From the IMG/VR virus record IMGVR_UViG_3300017722_005427, positions 1 through 31,498 of that record: DNA of 31,498 nucleotides, one strand, 5' to 3'. The notes under the pieces are model-generated. The model was not told where the DNA came from, did not search any database, and saw only the letters and a list, made by a program, of their open reading frames with translations. Position 1 is the stretch's first letter, and each line of letters begins with the position of its first letter. The stretch is from a virus (lineage: Duplodnaviria; Caudoviricetes). Below, piece after piece: positions 25,582 through 31,498 of the stretch. The position numbers and the translations under genes are program-made.

Positions 25582-26739
25582 CTAGCGGCAGGCACCAGAT
25601 AGGCTCGTAGTGGAGCCGCCCGGAACGTCAACTTCGACAAATGGCTCGTAGCAGCCTTCGGAGTTGACGTTACGCGTATCAGTCCACACCATGACACCGC
25701 CGAGGTAGACGTTCACAGTGACATCATTGCGTCCCGAGTACACGGAACCAGGGTAGTCGTGGACATAGACTGTGAAAGTACCGCGAGAGGGAGAGTCGAT
25801 GTTAATGTTCTCTGGGCCTGTTCCTGGAATGTCATCGAGGTCGAGGATCGGATCATCTATCGAGTCTCCGTTGCGCCCCCAGTCCAGACCCCTGTAAGTG
25901 CAGTTCGCGTAGTAACAGTCTGAATTTGTCGCAAGAGTTCCGCCATCATCGAGCAGGTGGAGATCCATGTCATCACCACCGTTCGTCCAGAACATCTCCA
26001 CCCAGAGCCCGTCTCCAGCGGTGGCATTGAGCGTCGCGTAGCATGGCTCAGAGACCAGCCTGTCGCTGTCAGTCACGATCAGTTCGCCGATGTACTCTCC
26101 CGCGACGTCTGGCGTGAATCCCCTGCGGTTCGCCGTCCCGCCAGGCATGTTTGCCGTCGCGCCCGCCGGCGCAGAGTACAGGGTCCACGAGTAGTCGACG
26201 ATCGATCCACCATCAGGATCGTAGGAAGAGTTACCAATCCAGTCAGTAGACTCGTGGATTGCAAGCACCTCATTGGGGTCAGCAGTGCAGACTGCGACTG
26301 GCTGTGAGAGCGGAGGGTCAGTGTCCCCCGAGTCTCCCGTGTCCACTTCCTCCACGGCGTGAGCTAGCAGAGGCACAGTAAGGTTAGGATTAGCAGGATC
26401 ATTAGAAAGTATCTGAAGGTCACCGGTGGTCTCACTCCCGTCGGAAGAGTAGGTTATCGTCAGCTCTGCAAATGAATCTGGCTCGTAAGCTCCTGGGAGA
26501 GGCTCAAGCAGTGTGAATGTGGCGCGTCCTGAGCCGATCTGCATCGCGGTGACATTGAGTGTCGCGTCTCCGAGAGAAGACAGCGTGATAATCTGTGACG
26601 AATTCTCGCCAGCAGGAACAGCTCCAAAATCCACTGGGCTTGGGTCCACCTGGATTCTCGGAGTCCCGTCAGCGGGAGGGTCCTTGATCGGTGTGATTGT
26701 GCTGTCCATACAGCCGGCTAGTAGTACGAGGTAGATCAC
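25582..26739 (-). CDS. Putative lipoprotein: Ig-like + PKD-like + YfaP/DUF2135-like domains (start revised)
   Basis: GGAGG RBS, GTG start, MIYLVLLAGC lipobox. VDFG...SNDP Ig-like module, SYDPDG..Y.W...PDVAGEY, then WTNGGDDMDLHL...DLDDIPGTGPENI. Confidence 0.8.
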   Translation of the reverse strand: MIYLVLLAGCMDSTITPIKDPPADGTPRIQVDPSPVDFGAVPAGENSSQIITLSSLGDATLNVTAMQIGSGRATFTLLEPLPGAYEPDSFAELTITYSSDGSETTGDLQILSNDPANPNLTVPLLAHAVEEVDTGDSGDTDPPLSQPVAVCTADPNEVLAIHESTDWIGNSSYDPDGGSIVDYSWTLYSAPAGATANMPGGTANRRGFTPDVAGEYIGELIVTDSDRLVSEPCYATLNATAGDGLWVEMFWTNGGDDMDLHLLDDGGTLATNSDCYYANCTYRGLDWGRNGDSIDDPILDLDDIPGTGPENINIDSPSRGTFTVYVHDYPGSVYSGRNDVTVNVYLGGVMVWTDTRNVNSEGCYEPFVEVDVPGGSTTSLSGACR

Positions 26740-26845
26740 TGGTCCTCCATTGGCACCAATAGTATCTATACTCAGATGTCCCTGAATGTACAGTGAGCCA
26801 TCCAGATGTTGTAACAATCATAACTGGAAGCTTCCTCGCCGCGCC

Positions 26846-27115
26846 TCACGCAGTGAGGCTGACGGGTTCCAGTGCGCTGGTGCTCATCCAGACATTCTTG
26901 CCATCTAGCACCACGCAGACCCTCGGAATCCAATAAACCATGTCACCCTCGCCGAGGCTATTCTCTGCAAAGTCCCTACACACAACGAGCATCGGCTCTC
27001 TGTTGGTGCCCCTGACGCGCACGAGGTCACCTACTTTGATTCCGCCAAACTCATCGTCTGTCTCGTCTCCATGCCCTCTCCATGATTCGGAGGAGCCACT
27101 CAGATATGTGTCCAA
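26846..27115 (-). CDS. Small hypothetical protein (GDLV motif)
   Basis: IKVGDLVRVR...LEPV. Confidence 0.65.
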   Translation of the reverse strand: MDTYLSGSSESWRGHGDETDDEFGGIKVGDLVRVRGTNREPMLVVCRDFAENSLGEGDMVYWIPRVCVVLDGKNVWMSTSALEPVSLTA

Positions 27116-27118
27116 ACA

Positions 27119-27286
27119 TCAGTCTCCATTTCCTAGACCGTGCCACATGGGCAGGTCAAGCTTGCGACTTTCCCTCTTGGTGCGTTCGATCTCTTCGATC
27201 AGGCGCATCACATCAGCGATATTGACGTCAAGAGAGCGATCGATCCTGAATCTGCATCGCTCGAGCACCCTGTCAATTGGCTCCAA
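27119..27286 (-). CDS. Small hypothetical protein (start revised to TTG at 27286)
   Basis: GGAGG RBS. MEPIDRVLERCRFRIDRSLDVNIADVMRLIEEIER. Confidence 0.55.
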   Translation of the reverse strand: MEPIDRVLERCRFRIDRSLDVNIADVMRLIEEIERTKRESRKLDLPMWHGLGNGD

Positions 27287-27503
27287 TGTCTTCAATCCTC
27301 CAGCGTCCATTACCCTCTCCGCAGAGGCACTTCTCTTCCAGGTCCACCAGAGGTGTGAGAGCTGGCTGGTCACCGCACCGCAGCTCACACCTCTTCTGGA
27401 AGTCCATGGACATGGAGCCCACGTAGATAATGGCAAGGAAACCAACCGTAATCATTCCAAGAGTGGAAAACTTATCGATTTCTTCATCAGAGAGCTTCAT
27501 CAT
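27273..27503 (-). CDS. Small single-pass membrane protein with Cys-rich tail
   Basis: GGAGG RBS, TLGMITVGFLAIIYVG, CxxxC...CxC. Confidence 0.65.
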   Translation of the reverse strand: MMKLSDEEIDKFSTLGMITVGFLAIIYVGSMSMDFQKRCELRCGDQPALTPLVDLEEKCLCGEGNGRWRIEDIGAN

Positions 27504-27718
27504 ATTCCTCCCGCAGGCTCTTTGTCACTTGACTTCTCCACCGACACAATCTGATCGCGCATAAGAACCTTCGCATAGTGTGCCCAACTGTTTGGCTCAA
27601 TCAGCACGCCAACGTCATCCGAGCACATGAGAAATGTGTACACGAGATTTTCATTGGCATCCATCGATCTTGCCCAGGCCGGTACAAACTTTAGGCGAAC
27701 GAGATCACCGGGTTTCAT
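27500..27718 (-). CDS. Small hypothetical protein (GDLV motif)
   Basis: MKPGDLVRLK, GAGGTG RBS. Confidence 0.7.
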   Translation of the reverse strand: MKPGDLVRLKFVPAWARSMDANENLVYTFLMCSDDVGVLIEPNSWAHYAKVLMRDQIVSVEKSSDKEPAGGI

Positions 27719-27719
27719 C

Positions 27720-28406
27720 TCACACCTCGATGATGTTTCCGTTGCTGGTCACAACTCCCCATTTGCCGTCATCGCAGCAAGAGCCATTGCTGAACGTGGT
27801 GCTCATTCCATGCACAGTGCGTGTACCGGAATTTCTAATATCCTCAGTAGAGTGGATGTGGCCAAAGAGCATCAGCCTCGGCTGGACCTTTGCTACCCGC
27901 TTCATGAGAGCGGTACAGCCAGTGAGCTCGACCTTGTTCTGCCGATTGTAGGTGGCATCAAGCACGCCGTAGGGAGGTCCATGTGTGATGAGCACGTCAG
28001 TGCTGTCTGGAATGTGATCCCAGATTCGATTGATCGTGCCACGGTCCTTCATGTATGACCAGTTCCCATACCTTGGCGTCCAGGGAGTTCCCCAGAACTT
28101 GAGTCCACAGATATCTGCTTCTTCATCGATGAGCATCTTGATTCCTCGGCTCTCGATGAGATCACGGGAAACAAGGCCCTTGTCCACGGAAGTATCGTGG
28201 TTTCCAGGGACAAAGACCTTCACGGGAATCGGCAGCGCGGCAAACCAGTCGATGAACGCGCGCATCTCTGGCTCGTTCCGGTAGGGATCGAGGTAGTTCG
28301 AGGCATCGCCGCTGTGAACGACAATATCAACTCCCGAAGGAACCTGCAAGAGACTCTGGTTTCCATGCGTGTCAGAGATGTGCCATACTTTCATGATCGC
28401 CTCCAT
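27720..28406 (-). CDS. Calcineurin-like metallophosphoesterase
   Basis: ISDTHG, HSGD, PGNHD, THGPP, FGHIH. The start may be 28394. Confidence 0.92.
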   Translation of the reverse strand: MEAIMKVWHISDTHGNQSLLQVPSGVDIVVHSGDASNYLDPYRNEPEMRAFIDWFAALPIPVKVFVPGNHDTSVDKGLVSRDLIESRGIKMLIDEEADICGLKFWGTPWTPRYGNWSYMKDRGTINRIWDHIPDSTDVLITHGPPYGVLDATYNRQNKVELTGCTALMKRVAKVQPRLMLFGHIHSTEDIRNSGTRTVHGMSTTFSNGSCCDDGKWGVVTSNGNIIEV

Positions 28407-28441
28407 GGATCTATTAATCCATCGACATCATTTTGACACCG

Positions 28442-28672
28442 CTAGCAAGGATTATTTTTGTACCACTCGATCATCTCGAGGATGCGAGGCACCTCGTGGT
28501 CCTCGCACTCCTTGTAGCTCTTTCCGAGGCGGTGCTTGAGACGCTCCCAGATGTGGGCATAAGAGTTGCGCTCCTTTAAGAACTTGCAGGGCGGGAGCTT
28601 ACCCTTGAGGTGGTCTCCAGCATCCTTTGCGCTCTCTCTGATGAGCTCAATGCTCTCTTTGCTTAGGGCCAT
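28442..28672 (-). CDS. Hypothetical protein
   Basis: GAGGAG RBS. RNSYAHIW...GKSYKEC. Confidence 0.75.
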   Translation of the reverse strand: MALSKESIELIRESAKDAGDHLKGKLPPCKFLKERNSYAHIWERLKHRLGKSYKECEDHEVPRILEMIEWYKNNPC

Positions 28673-28683
28673 GTCTTCTCCTC

Positions 28684-29838
28684 TCAGAAATCCGAGGCAC
28701 CGATCTGGTAGTTTGGCCGACCCTTCACGACCTCCGTGAAGACCACGCGGAACTTGGTGTTGTAGTCCTCTACATCAAATACGTAGGTGCCAGTGAACGG
28801 ATCGATTCGGGTGAGGTTCTCAGTGCGGAGCTCAAGATAGAGAGTGTCAGAGAAGTCGTCATCATCCTCGGGCTCGTCACGGGACTTGCCCTTCTTCTTG
28901 CGCTTCTCGATGGTCTCCTTTACCGAGATCGAGACGCTATTGTCGTAGTTATCGGACGAGATCATGTGAAGGGGCGAAATGCTAATCTCAGATCCGCGTT
29001 CGATCTCCCACTTGCGGCTCTTGTCTCCTGGAGTGGTAACTGCGGCCGTCCACTTGTTCTTGCTTCCGTGACCGATAGGCTTCACGTTGAGAATCTCTAC
29101 CGCATCCTCGAAGTCACCGCCATATCGGTTGAGCTCGTCCACGAGGACCTGGAGCATGTCGAAGTTGAACTCATCACAGGTGGCGCTGAGACCGATGATG
29201 CGATCAGTATAGCACGAGTCCCGAAGAACGTCGTCGCAATACTCCTTAATGAACTCAGTCTCCAGGCCGCTGAATGAGATCGCATAGCGGAGCCGGCTGG
29301 GGCGGTTGTGGAAGAATCCCTGCACAGAGTACTTGTCATTGCAGGTGATCACCATGATCTTGTTGCGGGCGGTGTAGACACCGTCGAAGAGCGTGAGGAT
29401 GGACTCCTGGGCATCCCGATCGTAGAGCTTCTCGAACTCATCGAAGATCACAACCGCTGGCTGCTCGATACCCTGGATGGTCCGCATGAAGCGCTCATCC
29501 GAGAACGGGGTGTTGACGATGATGACAGGAAGTCCGGACTCCACAGCGACCTGCTTTGCGAGGAGGGTCTTGCCAGAGCCCTTGATGCCGCTGAGGAACA
29601 CACCTACCTGGGTCCCAGGCTGGCGCTCCTTAAAAGTCTGGAGGATGCGGTCTGCATGCCGGTTGGTCTTCCCATAGAGCTTCTTGGGGATCGCGAAAGA
29701 CTCCGACTCCTCAAGGAAGTACTCGCCTGTGATGGGGTGCTTACAGACCGTGTAGTTCCCGGCCGGGAGGCGGTCCCGAACATCGAGACGAGCGTCAGGG
29801 GTGAGGGACCAGGTGTTGTCATTCTTCAGGAACTTCAT
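28684..29838 (-). CDS. AAA+ ATPase (phage type)
   Basis: Walker A GIKGSGKT, Walker B IFDEFEK, TCN sensor, NRPSR Arg finger. Confidence 0.9.
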   Translation of the reverse strand: MKFLKNDNTWSLTPDARLDVRDRLPAGNYTVCKHPITGEYFLEESESFAIPKKLYGKTNRHADRILQTFKERQPGTQVGVFLSGIKGSGKTLLAKQVAVESGLPVIIVNTPFSDERFMRTIQGIEQPAVVIFDEFEKLYDRDAQESILTLFDGVYTARNKIMVITCNDKYSVQGFFHNRPSRLRYAISFSGLETEFIKEYCDDVLRDSCYTDRIIGLSATCDEFNFDMLQVLVDELNRYGGDFEDAVEILNVKPIGHGSKNKWTAAVTTPGDKSRKWEIERGSEISISPLHMISSDNYDNSVSISVKETIEKRKKKGKSRDEPEDDDDFSDTLYLELRTENLTRIDPFTGTYVFDVEDYNTKFRVVFTEVVKGRPNYQIGASDF

Positions 29839-29873
29839 GTCTCTCTCTTTGTTTCAGTTGACTGTCAATGACA

Positions 29874-30098
29874 CTATAACAAATTGTCTTTTGTGTTCAT
29901 GGGAATCAGCGTCCACTTGTTCGTGCTCAGGTATTTTACCTCGCCGTCCTGTAGCACCTCATAGTGCCAGTATATGGGATTTTCGACCTTGTCTCCCAGT
30001 GTCCATTGTTCATGAGATGCCAGGAAGATGCAAATCCCTTGCAGGGTGCCCATGTCATCATAGGCCCCACAGAGCTGTCCTTCACTGATTCCGTTCAA
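29874..30098 (-). CDS. Small hypothetical protein
   Basis: AGGAG RBS, TTG start, ISEGQLC. Confidence 0.55.
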   Translation of the reverse strand: MNGISEGQLCGAYDDMGTLQGICIFLASHEQWTLGDKVENPIYWHYEVLQDGEVKYLSTNKWTLIPMNTKDNLL

Positions 30099-30303
30099 GC
30101 ATGCTCCTAGACAGGTTCAATATCGAGTCTTCTGACATTCCCACAAGCGAACCTCCGCAGAACATCACATGCCACTTCTTCACTGAATTTTCCAGGAAGG
30201 GCTCGATCAGCATGAAGAACTCGTATCCAGATGTCGGAGGCGTGTGCGTAAAGTACTTCTGCTTCCAGGTCCTGAGCTGTCCTGCTGCTAGCTCTTCAGA
30301 CAA
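30082..30303 (-). CDS. Small hypothetical protein
   Basis: GGAGG RBS, TTG start, LAAGQLR. Confidence 0.6.
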   Translation of the reverse strand: MSEELAAGQLRTWKQKYFTHTPPTSGYEFFMLIEPFLENSVKKWHVMFCGGSLVGMSEDSILNLSRSMLERNQ

Positions 30304-30307
30304 TTGT

Positions 30308-30340
30308 GCCTCCGATACAGTGTAAAACCGTATCGGAGGC
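30308..30340. promoter_or_regulatory. 11-bp inverted repeat overlapping a promoter and an RBS
   Basis: GCCTCCGATAC-N11-GTATCGGAGGC. TTGTAC-N17-TACACT on the minus strand spans 30319..30347. Confidence 0.65.
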
Positions 30341-30350
30341 TGTACAAGTC

Positions 30351-30656
30351 CTAGATGCTGGAGACGCGGTGCAGGAACCTGACTGGAATGCTGAGCTGCT
30401 GGCCGTTGATCATGACGACATAGTGCGTGTCGTAATCATCGACCCCGAGGTGGTCGAGGTCGATCACCAACCCCGAGACTCCGGGCGAAAGCTTCTTCTT
30501 GTCAGCACGATTTATCTTAGTGGCATGCTGCTGTTTGTACGAATCTGTCCAGTTCTTCCTTGCGCTGGTCGATGTCCAACCCCAGGGTGGTTCCACACCC
30601 TCGCAGTCCCAGGGCTCAACTGTGACAAGCTCACCAGACAGGAGTTTCAACGACAT
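30351..30656 (-). CDS. Small hypothetical protein
   Basis: Start overlaps the ahcY stop (TGATG). LLSGELVTV. Confidence 0.65.
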   Translation of the reverse strand: MSLKLLSGELVTVEPWDCEGVEPPWGWTSTSARKNWTDSYKQQHATKINRADKKKLSPGVSGLVIDLDHLGVDDYDTHYVVMINGQQLSIPVRFLHRVSSI

Positions 30657-31498
30657 CAGTAGCGGTATCCATCGGACTTGTATGGGCCGCTGACCTCTAC
30701 ACCAATGTAGCTTGCCTGAGACTCAGTGAGATTCGTGAGCTTGGCCCCAAACTTGTCGAGGTGGAGCCTGGCGACCATCTCGTCGAGATGCTTCGGAAGA
30801 GTCACAACGTTGACATTGAGATCAGGAAGCTTGATTCGATTGTGACCATAGCGCTCAGAGAACTTGTGGAGGTCGATCTGGGCAAGTACTTGGTTCGTGA
30901 AGCTGTTGCTCATTACCAGGCTTGGGTGCCCAGTGGCGCACCCGAGATTCACAAGTCGACCCTCGGCTAGGATCAAGATCTTCCGTCCAGTGTCGTTGAA
31001 CTCCCACTCGTGCACTCCAGGCTTTACCTCGACCTTATTCACGAGCTTGTCTCGGCGCATCCTCTCGAGTCCTGCCATGTCGATCTCATTATCGAAGTGA
31101 CCGATATTGCAGACGATCGCGCCGTCCTTCATCCTCGACATGTGCTCGGCGGTGATGACCCCCTTGTTGCCGGTCGCGGTGACAAAAATATCAGTGCCGC
31201 CCGTGATGGCATCATCGACGGTATTGACCTCGAGCCCCATCATGCAAGCCTGAAGGGCGCAGATCGGATCGACCTCAGAGACCGAAACTCGAGCAAATTG
31301 TCCGCGGAAGGAATCGACCGAACCCTTGCCGACGTCACCGTATCCGCAGACATGGACCTTCTTGCCAGAGATGAGCGTGTCGGTCGCACGGTTGATGGCG
31401 TCGACCAGTGAGTGGCGGCATCCATAGAGATTATCAAACTTCGACTTCGTGACGGAGTCGTTGACATTGATTGCAGGGAACAGGAGCTTGCTAGCTTC
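30656..31498 (-). CDS. ahcY: S-adenosyl-L-homocysteine hydrolase, 5' part outside the window
   Basis: Frame open to the edge: [74 protein letters not shown]. Confidence 0.97.
   Translation of the reverse strand, partial: EASKLLFPAINVNDSVTKSKFDNLYGCRHSLVDAINRATDTLISGKKVHVCGYGDVGKGSVDSFRGQFARVSVSEVDPICALQACMMGLEVNTVDDAITGGTDIFVTATGNKGVITAEHMSRMKDGAIVCNIGHFDNEIDMAGLERMRRDKLVNKVEVKPGVHEWEFNDTGRKILILAEGRLVNLGCATGHPSLVMSNSFTNQVLAQIDLHKFSERYGHNRIKLPDLNVNVVTLPKHLDEMVARLHLDKFGAKLTNLTESQASYIGVEVSGPYKSDGYRY

Noticed and set aside
31240-31467. Separate 75-aa ORF or frameshift upstream of the 195-aa ahcY ORF
   Set aside because: The ahcY frame is continuous from 31498 to 30656. The track ORF is shortened only because the true start lies outside the window.
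1-31498. CRISPR array, tRNA or other structured RNA genes
   Set aside because: No regularly spaced repeats. Intergenic gaps are short and explained by promoters or terminators. A covariance-model scan was not possible.
1-31498. Stop-codon reassignment as seen in some large phages
   Set aside because: Recognisable genes are full-length in code 11, and TAA, TAG and TGA all end genes at plausible positions.
1-31498. Eukaryotic giant virus or ordinary bacterial chromosome origin
   Set aside because: Shine-Dalgarno sites, overlapping operons and intrinsic terminators argue against a eukaryotic virus. Fibre paralogs and many small orphan ORFs mixed with isolated host-like genes argue against a chromosome. 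No capsid or terminase is in the window, so the phage call remains an inference.

Overview
This 31.5 kb window is gene-dense and mostly minus-strand, and it looks like part of a large (jumbo-type) tailed bacteriophage genome read in standard code 11. The left end carries four Gly/Ser/Thr-rich tail-fibre-like genes built from shared modules, interrupted by a PIN-PhoH gene. Next come a small Cys-rich sigma-region-4 protein, an Hc1-like histone-like protein, a YkuK-type RNase H-like protein and a degenerate GroEL-like chaperonin. An apparent 7.4 kb operon follows: DinG-like helicase, nucleotidyltransferase, cupin, NUDIX, then a complete YeaH(DUF444)-SpoVR-PrkA(YeaG) module. The right half holds Hsp20, a SET-domain methyltransferase, probable internal head proteins, a myxobacterial-style lipoprotein, a metallophosphoesterase, an AAA ATPase, several small 'GDLV' proteins and a partial ahcY. 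Two promoter classes are visible by eye: a sigma70-like class, and an ATANTTA motif upstream of virion-type genes. I saw no tRNA, CRISPR array, integrase or transposase. All family assignments come from motif recognition, not database searches.
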